A DNA stretch of 64,000 nucleotides from Butyribacter sp. (GTDB taxonomy: Bacteria; Bacillota; Clostridia; Lachnospirales; Lachnospiraceae). Location: contig JAZQLD010000002.1 of the NCBI GenBank assembly GCA_045542435.1, positions 33,867-97,866 on the forward strand, written 5' to 3'. Positions 45,651 through 55,278 of the stretch are shown in pieces; position 1 is the first letter of the stretch; the number at the start of each line of letters is the position of its first letter. The notes beneath the pieces were generated by a model. The model did not search any database. It was not told the DNA's origin and saw only the letters and a program-made list of their open reading frames with translations. The position numbers and the translations under genes are program-made.

Positions 45651-46970
45651 ATGGAAAATTTTGTTTCAATCATAGCCTATATATTTGATTTCTTTATTTT
45701 ACTCATTTATTTAAGAGAAATTGTTGGTAAGCGAAAAACCACAGTTCCTTTGTTTTGTTATTACTGTTGCTTTGTTTTCGTAGAACTCCTTTTTATTTTC
45801 AACGAACACTTTATTACTTTTGCAAACGCAAATAGTTCGCTCTATTTCAACACCAGCATTAGTCTTGCTACCACTTTTCTGCTTTGCTTTCTTTTTGAAA
45901 GTTCTATAAAGCATAAAGTGTTTTCAACCATCTCTTTTCAGGTGTTTGTATTGCTAAGTGAGAATATTCTTACCTTCCTTGTAAAAACAATAAATCCTGA
46001 AATATTTAAATTAGGATTTCCTTTTCTTAATACTTTTTTTAACTTTGGTTCAAAATGCATTTTATTGTTGATATTAGGTGCTTTTATCAAATTTTGGAAT
46101 AGAAAAAGAAATAGTGATTCTTTGGAATATGCGATTTTGCTATTTTCTACACCAGTTATTTCATTGATAATTATGTTGGCAGCACCAGCAAAGCAAATTG
46201 CAAAATATGAAAGTGATTTCTTCTATAGCCTCCTTTTCTCTGCCTTAATTATTCTAAATTTGATTAATTATATTTTGCTGCTAAAAATAAATCAGAATAA
46301 TGAAATACAATTGAAATTTAAACAATCGCAACAACAGATTACTTTTCAAAAGGAAAAATACAAACAGCTAAATGCCGCCTATCGAAATACTAGAAGCGTA
46401 GTTCACGATACTAAAAATCACTATTTCGCTATACAGAAATTAATCGAAGAAGAAGCTTACGAAAGACTAAAAGGATATACATTTAGTGCCATCAATTCAT
46501 TAGAAAGCAAATATGCTGCTTACAATACCGGCAACTTGGTATTAGATTCCTTTCTGACAAATTATATTAACGTTACCGCAAATGAAGGAATTCAGTTTTC
46601 TTCCGAAATTAATGTCTCTGCTGATAGAATCCCTGTCAATGATTATGACTTATGTGTACTCCTTGGAAATCTTTTGGATAATTGCTTAAATGCCTGCCGA
46701 CAAAACATAGAGATGCCTAATTCCATTTCTATACAGATTACTACAGATGATTATGATTTATTTACAATTCATTCCACAAATACCTATAACCCATTATCCG
46801 AACCAAAAAAAGAAAAAAACTCCTTTTATCATGGATATGGCATGGATAATATGAAAAATGTTACAGAAAAATATCATGGAACTTTTGAAGCTATGGCAAA
46901 AGAAAAATTTCATGTATATATTATCATCCCTATCATTGAGGTAAAAAAAAGAATACAAAAACCAATATAG
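45651..46970 (+). CDS. agrC: AgrC-like sensor histidine kinase (HPK10 / GHKL type).
   Basis: It has about six N-terminal TM helices, the H-box VHDTKNHYFAI, the N-box GNLLDNCLNA and the G-box HGYGMDNM. Confidence 0.8.
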   Translation: MENFVSIIAYIFDFFILLIYLREIVGKRKTTVPLFCYYCCFVFVELLFIFNEHFITFANANSSLYFNTSISLATTFLLCFLFESSIKHKVFSTISFQVFVLLSENILTFLVKTINPEIFKLGFPFLNTFFNFGSKCILLLILGAFIKFWNRKRNSDSLEYAILLFSTPVISLIIMLAAPAKQIAKYESDFFYSLLFSALIILNLINYILLLKINQNNEIQLKFKQSQQQITFQKEKYKQLNAAYRNTRSVVHDTKNHYFAIQKLIEEEAYERLKGYTFSAINSLESKYAAYNTGNLVLDSFLTNYINVTANEGIQFSSEINVSADRIPVNDYDLCVLLGNLLDNCLNACRQNIEMPNSISIQITTDDYDLFTIHSTNTYNPLSEPKKEKNSFYHGYGMDNMKNVTEKYHGTFEAMAKEKFHVYIIIPIIEVKKRIQKPI

Positions 46971-47020
46971 CGAGGTTGCCTAGGCTTCCCCGCTATATTA
47001 AACTTTCTCTTTATCTCTCC

Positions 47021-47719
47021 CTACACATTCTGCCCATAATACGCATTCGCCCCATGCTTCCGGTAATAATGCTTATCCTGCAATTCCTGTGGAGCCGGTT
47101 GATTCTGTGGATTAATCATCTCACAGCGGGCAGCCATCTTCGCCACCTCTTCCAGCACCACTGCATTGTGTACCGCTTCCTCTGCGTCCTTGCCCCAGGT
47201 AAATGGTCCATGATTCTTGCAAAGAACCGCAGGAGTTGCCACGTAGTCCAGCTTCAGACGTTCAAATTCATCCGCAATCAGTACGCCGGTATTTTTCTCA
47301 TAGGCTTCGTCGATTTCTTCCGTGGTCAGATTCCGTACACAAGGTACTTCTCCGTAGAGATAATCTGCATGGGTCGTTCCATAGCAAGGAATTCCTCTTC
47401 CTGCCTGTGCCCAACTAGTAGCCCAGGAAGAATGCGTATGTACGATACCTCCTACATTTGGAAAACGATTGTAAAGAACCACGTGAGTTGCGGTGTCAGA
47501 AGAAGGATTATACTTTCCTTCTACCTTATTTCCTTCCAAATCAACAACCACCATATCCTCAGGAGTCAGCTTATCATATTCCACGCCGCTTGGCTTAATG
47601 ACAAAAAGTCCCTTCTCCCGGTCAATACCGCTGACATTCCCCCAGGTAAAAGTCACCAGACCATACTTTGGTAAAAGCATATTCGCTTCGTACACTTCTT
47701 TCTTTAATTCTTCTAACAT
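47021..47719 (-). CDS. araD: L-ribulose-5-phosphate 4-epimerase.
   Basis: It is near-collinear with E. coli AraD ([25 protein letters not shown]...PSSDT.TH...[24 protein letters not shown]). Confidence 0.9.
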   Translation of the reverse strand: MLEELKKEVYEANMLLPKYGLVTFTWGNVSGIDREKGLFVIKPSGVEYDKLTPEDMVVVDLEGNKVEGKYNPSSDTATHVVLYNRFPNVGGIVHTHSSWATSWAQAGRGIPCYGTTHADYLYGEVPCVRNLTTEEIDEAYEKNTGVLIADEFERLKLDYVATPAVLCKNHGPFTWGKDAEEAVHNAVVLEEVAKMAARCEMINPQNQPAPQELQDKHYYRKHGANAYYGQNV

Positions 47720-47909
47720 CTCATTTTCATCCTTTCATCTCATTTATTCATCTCAATCTACCCGCATTAATAAAACACATGCATCCTACACTAATTTACT
47801 ATTTTTTCATATAATATAAATCATAGAAATAGTCTTTTACATCACTATGCTCAGCAATTTATATTAAGAATGTTCGACTTCCACTGTAAATTCTGCCAAG
47901 TTGTAAATA

Positions 47910-48153
47910 GAATACTTGGAAACAATCCCAACGAAGAGTATTGCCTTCGTCAGCACTTGGTTTCCGTTTTGAAGATAGTACAGGGACGAAGTCCCATATA
48001 AGCGTATATGGCTAGGGCAAATTGATTTGCACCTAGCCGTATACACTTATATGAAGCACGATTAGTGCCTGTACTATCGTAAGGAAACCTATGTACTGCT
48101 ACAGAAGGCACCTAAGCGAAAGCGTCTCTGAGTGGGATGCTTTCCAAGTATTC
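47910..48153 (-). ncRNA. 244-bp imperfect palindrome (long bulged hairpin) within the kinase-araD intergenic region. It is either a candidate structured RNA or a repeat element.
   Basis: The outer stem is gaatacttggaaa (47910..47922) / tttccaagtattc (48141..48153). The inner stems are gatagtacagg / cctgtactatc and atataagcgtatatggctagg / cctagccgtatacacttatat. It is unrelated in sequence to families A and B. The strand is assigned only from the flanking operon. Confidence 0.5.
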
Positions 48154-48174
48154 GCCCCCAAAACATATAGGGCT

Positions 48175-49767
48175 TTAAATTAGATTTTCAACAGCTGCCT
48201 GCTCGATAGCAATACCCTTCTTATATCTTTCAATAAACTGCTCAAAGCCTTCCACATCTTTACTGTCCGGATTTTCGGTCACACCTTCACTGCCTGCAAA
48301 TACAGTATCATTCAGATAATCCTGAAGATTTTCTCCCGTTCCATTTAACATATAGGATGCCAGAAGTGCCATACCCCAAGGACCTCCTTCACCGGCAGTT
48401 TCCATTACTGCTACTGGAGCATCTATAGCAGCTGCCAGAATCTTCTGTCCTACTCCCTTGGTCTTAAAGAGTCCGCCATGGCCAAGGATGCTGTCGATAG
48501 CCACTTCCTCTTCCTTCAAAAGAATATCCATTCCTACCTTTAATGCGCCCAGAGAAGTAAAAAGATGACTTCTCATGAAGTTCGCAAGATTAAAGTTACT
48601 CTTTGGAGAACGTACGAAAAGTGGTCTTCCTTCGCTTACTCCTGTAATATTCTCTCCGGAAAGATAACCATAGGAAAGCAGTCCGCCACAGTCTGCGTCT
48701 CCTTCCATTGCCTTATGATATAAGGTTCCAAAAAGCTCATTCATATCCACCTTCATGCCAAAGCTCTCTGCAAATTCCTTAAAGAGATTGACCCATGCAT
48801 TCAGATCCGAAGTACAGTTGTTTGCATGCACCATACCTACCAGACTTCCATCCGGTGTAGTCACTAAGTCAATTTCCGGATATACCTTTTTCAGGTCTTT
48901 TTCCAAAACAATCATAGCAAATACAGAGGTTCCTGCCGAAACATTTCCAGTGCGCACTGCCACACTGTTGGTAGCTGCCATTCCAGTTCCTGCATCACCC
49001 TCTGGTGGACAAAGAGGTACACCTGCCTGCAGATTACCGCTTTCATCCAAAAGCTTTGCGCCCTCCTCTGTCAATACACCGGCATTTTCACCAGCCAATA
49101 ATACCTTTGGAAGGATTTCACTTAATTTCCATGGATAGTTCTTATCTGCCACCAGTGCATCAAACTTTCCAATCATTTTCTCATCATAGTTCTTCGTTGC
49201 AATATCAATCGGGAACATACCGGATGCATCACCCACACCAAGCACCTTTTCCCCAGTAAGCTTCCAATGTATGTAACCGGCCAGAGTCGTGAAAAATGTC
49301 ACATCCTTCACATGCTCCTCCTGATTCAGAATCGCCTGATACAGATGGGAAATACTCCATCTCTCAGGGATGTTATACTGGAACAGCTCTGTCAGTTCCT
49401 TTGCAGCAGGTCCGGTAGTACTATTTCTCCAGGTACGGAAAGGAACCAAAAGCTCTCCATCCTTATCAAAAGCCATATAACCATGCATCATAGCACTAAA
49501 ACCGATAGCACCAATCTTCGTAATGGTCACACCATACTTCTCCTTCACATCTGCTGCCATATTCTTGTAACTAGTCTTCAAACCAGTCCAGATATCCTCC
49601 AAAGAATATGTCCAAAAACCATTCTCCAGACGATTCTCCCACTCATAATCACCAGAAGCAATCGGAGCGTGGGTATCATCAATCAAAACAGCCTTAATAC
49701 GGGTAGAACCAAACTCAATACCCAGTACCGCCTTACCAGACTCAATCATCTCTTTTGCATTCGCCAT
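48175..49767 (-). CDS. FGGY-family sugar kinase, probably ribulokinase (clostridial AraK type).
   Basis: It has an FGGY fold ([22 protein letters not shown]). The assignment rests on being co-oriented with and upstream of araD. The ATG at 49767 follows the RBS aaggaaagg. Confidence 0.7.
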   Translation of the reverse strand: MANAKEMIESGKAVLGIEFGSTRIKAVLIDDTHAPIASGDYEWENRLENGFWTYSLEDIWTGLKTSYKNMAADVKEKYGVTITKIGAIGFSAMMHGYMAFDKDGELLVPFRTWRNSTTGPAAKELTELFQYNIPERWSISHLYQAILNQEEHVKDVTFFTTLAGYIHWKLTGEKVLGVGDASGMFPIDIATKNYDEKMIGKFDALVADKNYPWKLSEILPKVLLAGENAGVLTEEGAKLLDESGNLQAGVPLCPPEGDAGTGMAATNSVAVRTGNVSAGTSVFAMIVLEKDLKKVYPEIDLVTTPDGSLVGMVHANNCTSDLNAWVNLFKEFAESFGMKVDMNELFGTLYHKAMEGDADCGGLLSYGYLSGENITGVSEGRPLFVRSPKSNFNLANFMRSHLFTSLGALKVGMDILLKEEEVAIDSILGHGGLFKTKGVGQKILAAAIDAPVAVMETAGEGGPWGMALLASYMLNGTGENLQDYLNDTVFAGSEGVTENPDSKDVEGFEQFIERYKKGIAIEQAAVENLI

Positions 49768-49872
49768 ATTACAGTCCATCCTTTCCTTCATATACTTATT
49801 TTCTTACTATATTTTTCCTTTTTTATTCTTTACATATTATACAACTTTTGTTTTTTAACTTCTACTAATAAC

Positions 49873-50194
49873 CAATTTCAATAATGCCATCGTATGAACA
49901 ACCAATACACAGCAGAAAATAGTCTTTCGTTTTACCAATTCCTACAATGCGCACCTGCCTCACAGCTTGCAGAAAATGGATGGAGTGCAGTTCTCCTAAA
50001 GCAGGGCATTGATAACGCCGGTGCTTATGTCTCGTCTTTTGAGACATTATGCACCGCTGCGTTATCACCTGCAGCGCAAGCGTTCTGCGTAGGAAAACTG
50101 CACCTCTCATCCATTCCTTCAACATACTCCAAGGCGGTGCGCCATACAAAGACTATTTTCTGCGTCATGCGTCATAGCTGACATTATTGAAATT
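49873..50194. repeat. Palindromic repeat, copy A4. It has the family A centre inside family-B-like termini, plus locus-specific outer arms.
   Basis: The centre ggatggagtgcag...ctctcatccat closely matches the family A cores by eye. The termini cacagcagaaaatagtctttcg / caaagactattttctgcgt resemble those of 34461..34632. The outer arms are aatttcaataatgccatcgtatgaac / gtcatagctgacattattgaaatt. Confidence 0.85.
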
Positions 50195-50203
50195 CTTTTA
50201 TTT

Positions 50204-51232
50204 TTATTTCTTCTTCATGCTTGCAAATATAGATTGTAACACAATGAAGAAGCAAAGCAAAGCCGAAAGAACAATTCTTACCCACCAGCTGTTCAAAGTA
50301 CCCTGTGTGGTAATCAGACTAGTAATAGTTCCCTTAATCAATACACCAAAAAGGGTTCCAATCGGAGTACCGACACCACCACTCAACAGGGTTCCACCGA
50401 TTACAGATGCAGAAATCGCATCCATTTCCAAGCCCTTAGCCTGCTCTACGAAACCGGCACAGCTGTTCAGACAGAACAAGAATCCACCAAGACCTGCCAG
50501 AAGTCCATTTAATACATAAGCTTTAAATTTGATTTTCTTTACATTCAATCCCATCATCATTGCACTCTGTGCATTTCCACCTACTGCATATACCTCACGG
50601 CCAAATTTGGTATATTTCATAACCAGTGCCACAATGATTACCACCACTACAGCGATAATTACCGTCGGATAAATATATGCTGGCAGGAAATTGCCTCGCT
50701 TACTATAGGAACCAAATGGCATATTGATTCTGAATTTTGCCCATTTCAGGAAGGTCTCATTGGTGATAGCAATCATCTCTGTACTAATCATAGATGTCAA
50801 ACCTCTACCAAAGAACAAACCTGCCAAGCTGACGATAAATGGCTGGATTTCCAGATAGGAAACCAGAAATCCCTGCACGATACCAAATGCCAAACCAATT
50901 CCTAGTGCAATAGCAACTGCAGCATAGGCATTCATTCCATGATTTTCCATCTGATTTGCCATTGCCATACAAATTAAAGCAGTGACAGAACCTACAGAAA
51001 TATCAATACCACCTGTAATCATTACAATGGTCTGACCCGCTGCAATCACCAGCAAACCAGCATTGGAAATAAACAGGTTCAAAAACATCTGTGGTTTTGC
51101 AAAACCTTTATCCTGAAATACAATCATACCAGCTATGTACATTACAAAGAACAATACAATCGTAATCATGAGAAGGAAGCTGTTTCCGTTTAGTTTCTTT
51201 TTTGTACTTGTTTTTGATTCAAAAATTCCCAT
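50204..51232 (-). CDS. CUT2-family sugar ABC transporter permease (YjfF-like).
   Basis: It is a polytopic protein of the ribose/galactofuranose-type permease family and the last gene of the transporter operon. Confidence 0.8.
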   Translation of the reverse strand: MGIFESKTSTKKKLNGNSFLLMITIVLFFVMYIAGMIVFQDKGFAKPQMFLNLFISNAGLLVIAAGQTIVMITGGIDISVGSVTALICMAMANQMENHGMNAYAAVAIALGIGLAFGIVQGFLVSYLEIQPFIVSLAGLFFGRGLTSMISTEMIAITNETFLKWAKFRINMPFGSYSKRGNFLPAYIYPTVIIAVVVVIIVALVMKYTKFGREVYAVGGNAQSAMMMGLNVKKIKFKAYVLNGLLAGLGGFLFCLNSCAGFVEQAKGLEMDAISASVIGGTLLSGGVGTPIGTLFGVLIKGTITSLITTQGTLNSWWVRIVLSALLCFFIVLQSIFASMKKK

Positions 51233-51233
51233 A

Positions 51234-52295
51234 CTATTTGCCTCCTTCCACTGCTGCCGATGTCCGTTTTGCCTTCAGGTTTGCAATAAACTTCTTAAAT
51301 ACCGGACTCTGTAAAATAACGATGATAATTACTACAATTGCCTTATAAACCGGCAACTGGTCTGCGGATACATTCATAGCATAAAGAGTAGTTGTCAGTG
51401 CCTGAATGGTGTATGCCCCGATTACAGAACCCATAAGGCTGAACTTACCACCACCAAGTACATTTCCACCTAAAGCTACTGCCAGAATGGCATCCATTTC
51501 CAGGTTCAGACCAATATTATTTGCATCTGCAGAATAAATACGGCTGGAAGCAACTACACCTGCAACACCTGCCATCAAACCACAGATGACATAGGTAAGG
51601 AATTTTATCAATGTAGAATTTAAACCTACCAGTCTGGATGCTGTTCCATTAATACCAACACTTTCAATATAAAGTCCTAAAGTGGTTTTCTTTAATACCA
51701 AATAAACAATAAGTGTTACAATAATTGCCACAAAGATTGGTGTCGGTACTGGACAATTTCCAATATAACCACCCATTACTTTATAGTTATCTACACGAAC
51801 ATAAGTAATCTGTCCATTAGTAACCAACTGGGCAATACCACGACCTGCAGTATACAGAATCAGTGTTGCCACCATTGGCTGAATATTTAACTTCGCCACA
51901 AGGAATCCATTAAAAGCTCCACAAAGCATAGATACCAATAATGCTGCCACTACTGCTAATGCAATTGGCTGTGCCAGTTCTGTTACAGACACTTCCCCAC
52001 CGGAAAGAATCTGACAGCATACAGCACCAGCCACTGCCATTACTGCACCTACACTAATATCCTGACCACCGGAAGCCGCCGTTACCAGTGTCATACCTAC
52101 AGCCAGTATCACCAGCTCCGATGCACGGTTAATTACATCGATAATATATCCATACAATACACCATTATTAATAGAAACCTTGAAAAATCCTGGTGTTGTA
52201 ATTACATTGACCAGTAATACGGCAATCAGACATACGATTGGCAAGAATAGCCGCATAGATGTAATATTCTTAATAGTTGTCTTCGCATTACTCAT
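51234..52295 (-). CDS. CUT2-family sugar ABC transporter permease (YtfT-like).
   Basis: It is polytopic. The ATG at 52295 follows the RBS ggaggtgg and overlaps the end of the ATPase gene. Confidence 0.8.
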   Translation of the reverse strand: MSNAKTTIKNITSMRLFLPIVCLIAVLLVNVITTPGFFKVSINNGVLYGYIIDVINRASELVILAVGMTLVTAASGGQDISVGAVMAVAGAVCCQILSGGEVSVTELAQPIALAVVAALLVSMLCGAFNGFLVAKLNIQPMVATLILYTAGRGIAQLVTNGQITYVRVDNYKVMGGYIGNCPVPTPIFVAIIVTLIVYLVLKKTTLGLYIESVGINGTASRLVGLNSTLIKFLTYVICGLMAGVAGVVASSRIYSADANNIGLNLEMDAILAVALGGNVLGGGKFSLMGSVIGAYTIQALTTTLYAMNVSADQLPVYKAIVVIIIVILQSPVFKKFIANLKAKRTSAAVEGGK

Positions 52296-53805
52296 CACTA
52301 CCACCTCCTGCTATTGCCTTCATGATACCTTCCTGAGATAATTCATCCCCAGATAATTCTCCAACCTTTTTTCCATCTCTCATAATCCCCATACGTGAAC
52401 AGGTACGAAGCATTTCTTCTACCTCAGAGGAAATAAAGGTTACTGCCATCCCCTTATCTGCAAGATCCAGTACCAGCTTCTGAATTTCTGTCTTAGTACC
52501 GATATCAATACCTCTGGTAGGCTCATCCAAAATCAGGTATTCCGGATTGGTTAAAAGCCAGCGACCAATAATTACCTTCTGCTGATTTCCACCAGACAAG
52601 CTCTTAATTGGAGTTTCTCTGTTGGCAGTCTTAATCTGAAGCATTTCTATATACTTATCTGCTGCCTCTTCCATTTCCTTACGGCTCATTGGCTTAAACA
52701 TTCCCTTTTTCGCCTGAAGAGCAATAATAATATTTTCACGAACAGACAGGTCTGCAATGATTCCATCTTTCTTTCTATCCTCTGGAAGATATGCCATTCC
52801 CAGTTTCATAGCATCAATTGGAGCATTAATCTTTGCTTCCTTGCCATTTATCTTAATAGTTCCGCAATCTGGCTTATCTGCTCCATAAACAGCACGAACC
52901 AACTCGGAACGTCCAGAACCAAGCAATCCGGTAAGACCAACCACTTCTCCTCTGTTCACAACGAAGTCAAAAGGCTTAATACTTCCTTTGCGTCCAACGC
53001 CCTTTGCCTCTACTACTGGTTCAAACTTCTCCAATTTCTTATGATTACTCTTAATATCCGCTAAATCATCAAAGTTCTTACCCATCATCTTTGCCACCAA
53101 TTCTACTCTAGGCAAATCTTCCACGGTATATTCTCCTACCAGCTTACCATTTCGAAGTACGGTAATCCGGTCACACACTTCGTATACCTGCTCCAGGAAA
53201 TGAGTTACGAAGATGATTCCAACTCCTTCCCCCTTTAACTTTTTCATAAGAACAAATAACTTTGCTACTTCTTCGTCATCCAGAGAAGAAGTAGGTTCAT
53301 CCAGAATCAGAACCTGACACTTCATATCAACTGCTCTGGCAATAGCAATCATCTGCTGTTTTGCTAATGAACATTCTTCTAATTTATCTGTTGCTCTCGC
53401 ATCAATATCCAGCTTCTTTAAAAGCTCGGTTGCTTTCTTATTCATAGTCCGCCAGTCAATAAATCCCAGCTTCTTTGGTTCTCTTCCAATAAATAAATTC
53501 TCTGCTACGGATAAGTTTGGACAAAGGTTTACTTCCTGGTATACCGTACTAATGCCATGACTCTGGGCATCCTCTGGAGATTTGTTTATAATAGGAGATT
53601 CGCTTCCCGCCATTCTGATTTCACCACTTTGAAAAGAATGTACACCGGTCAGCACTTTAATCAATGTGGATTTGCCTGCACCATTTTCGCCCATCAGCGC
53701 ATGAATCTCGCCTTTACGCAAGGTGAAGTCCACATTCTGTAATGCTTTTACTCCCGGGAAGGTCTTTGATATATCTTTCATTCTTAATACAATATTATTT
53801 TCCAT
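52288..53805 (-). CDS. Sugar ABC transporter ATP-binding protein with duplicated ABC domains.
   Basis: It has two nucleotide-binding domains. The first carries GENGAGKST, and the second carries LSGGNQQK and ILDEPTRGID. Confidence 0.9.
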   Translation of the reverse strand: MENNIVLRMKDISKTFPGVKALQNVDFTLRKGEIHALMGENGAGKSTLIKVLTGVHSFQSGEIRMAGSESPIINKSPEDAQSHGISTVYQEVNLCPNLSVAENLFIGREPKKLGFIDWRTMNKKATELLKKLDIDARATDKLEECSLAKQQMIAIARAVDMKCQVLILDEPTSSLDDEEVAKLFVLMKKLKGEGVGIIFVTHFLEQVYEVCDRITVLRNGKLVGEYTVEDLPRVELVAKMMGKNFDDLADIKSNHKKLEKFEPVVEAKGVGRKGSIKPFDFVVNRGEVVGLTGLLGSGRSELVRAVYGADKPDCGTIKINGKEAKINAPIDAMKLGMAYLPEDRKKDGIIADLSVRENIIIALQAKKGMFKPMSRKEMEEAADKYIEMLQIKTANRETPIKSLSGGNQQKVIIGRWLLTNPEYLILDEPTRGIDIGTKTEIQKLVLDLADKGMAVTFISSEVEEMLRTCSRMGIMRDGKKVGELSGDELSQEGIMKAIAGGGSDE

Positions 53806-53855
53806 TTTTCCCTCACCTGCTTTCTACAGCATTATAATTACCTATTTTTACATCA

Positions 53856-53908
53856 AAAACGGCGTGGCAGCTTAATCAGGCCTTCTGCCTAGTATCGTCT
53901 ACCACGCC
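53856..53908 (-). terminator. Intra-operon hairpin (partial terminator or attenuator) between the binding-protein gene and the ATPase gene.
   Basis: The stem ggcgtgg / ccacgcc encloses a 34-nt loop. On the minus strand it is followed by gtttttgatg. Confidence 0.45.
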
Positions 53909-53959
53909 AGATATTTAATTTTTATGAGTACAATTAAGATATTTTTGGAGGCTTACTTC

Positions 53960-55033
53960 TTAATATGCACGGCCATCAACAACTTCCTGAGTTACTTCAG
54001 TTACTTCGTAATCAGTTCCGTCAATAGAAACAGATGCTACATCTGCACCATGTGCGAAAATTCCTTCTTCTACATATGCCTTCTTCTCAGGTGTTCCACC
54101 CTCTTCCAGAGTCTTAATAATCTCTTCTACACGAGGTCCATGAAGTGGGTTACACTCTGTGTTCAGGATAATCTTTCCATCTAATGTATCTGTGATACCA
54201 GCCTTTGTTGTATCGAAGGACATTACAAGGATGTCTCCATCAGGACCAACTGTCTTACCAGCTGCTTCGATAGCATCGATAGCACCAAATGCTTCGTTAT
54301 CATTCTCACAGTAAACAACGTTGATGTTGTCATGCTGTTTCAGCATAGACTCCATAACTTCCTGTCCTTTCGCCTGTGTAAATTCACCAGTCTGCTGAGC
54401 AAGTAAGTTCCAGCCATATTTCTCAACAGCGTCATCTAAAGCCTGTGTACGTCCAATCTGAGCGGAAGCACCGATTGTACCCTGAATATCAACAATGTTG
54501 ATTTCCTTCATTCCCTTAGCTTCTGCATATGCATTCAACCATTCACATGCCTTCTGTCCTTCTAACAAGAAGTCAGAGCCAACCCATGCGGTGAAGAGGC
54601 TTTCATCAGATACTTTAACCTCACGGTCAACAATGATTACAGGAATATCTGCATCCTTTGCTTCCTGAAGTACTGTGTCCCAACCAGTCTCTGTAACTGG
54701 AGCTAAAACGATGTAATCAACTTCCTGCTGGATGAAGTTACGAATTGCTGTAATCTGATTTTCCTGTTTCTGCTGGGCATCATCGAAAATCAGCTTGTAA
54801 CCATTTTCCTCTGTAAATGTTGATTTCATAGACTCAGAGTTTGCTGTACGCCAGTCAGACTCTGCACCTACCTGTGAGAAACCTACTGTAATAAGGTCGC
54901 CGCTTTCAGCACTTTCGCTGCTTGCTCCGCCTGATGTTGCAGCTTCTTCGCTGCCACCACCCCCACAACCAGCTAAAAGGCTAGCTGTCATTGCCATTGT
55001 AAGTGTTGCTGCTAATAATTTTCTTTTCATCAT
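53960..55033 (-). CDS. Periplasmic-binding-protein-type sugar-binding lipoprotein (YtfQ/RbsB-like).
   Basis: It has the lipobox LLAGCGG and a Ser/Gly/Glu linker, followed by a type I PBP fold sequence. Confidence 0.85.
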   Translation of the reverse strand: MMKRKLLAATLTMAMTASLLAGCGGGGSEEAATSGGASSESAESGDLITVGFSQVGAESDWRTANSESMKSTFTEENGYKLIFDDAQQKQENQITAIRNFIQQEVDYIVLAPVTETGWDTVLQEAKDADIPVIIVDREVKVSDESLFTAWVGSDFLLEGQKACEWLNAYAEAKGMKEINIVDIQGTIGASAQIGRTQALDDAVEKYGWNLLAQQTGEFTQAKGQEVMESMLKQHDNINVVYCENDNEAFGAIDAIEAAGKTVGPDGDILVMSFDTTKAGITDTLDGKIILNTECNPLHGPRVEEIIKTLEEGGTPEKKAYVEEGIFAHGADVASVSIDGTDYEVTEVTQEVVDGRAY

Positions 55034-55204
55034 ACTTTACATCCTCTCTTTCTTAATAATTGCTTCTGCTCTCCAACAGAAAACGATATGATGTTCACGT
55101 TTTTCAAGCTAGATATATCATAAAAGAAATTTAGAAAAGTAGAAACGGAATATTATTGGTAATTTTTGTTTTTTCTTTTTAAATTATATTTTTAGTTTGA
55201 TTTT

Positions 55205-55262
55205 TTCACGAAAAAAGTTGGAAAATTTTCACTTCCCTTTTGAAATAAATTTTCCAACTTTT
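55205..55262 (-). terminator. Intrinsic terminator after the histidine kinase gene.
   Basis: A perfect 15-bp stem aaaagttggaaaatt (55213..55227) / aattttccaactttt (55248..55262) is followed on the minus strand by a T run. Confidence 0.7.
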
Positions 55263-55278
55263 ACTTTAAATTTATTCT

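Noticed and set aside
46976-47674. A 232-aa plus-strand ORF exactly antisense to araD.
   Set aside because: The minus-strand frame is near-collinear with E. coli AraD. The antisense ORF is a shadow ORF with an odd composition (Arg, Leu and Ile rich).
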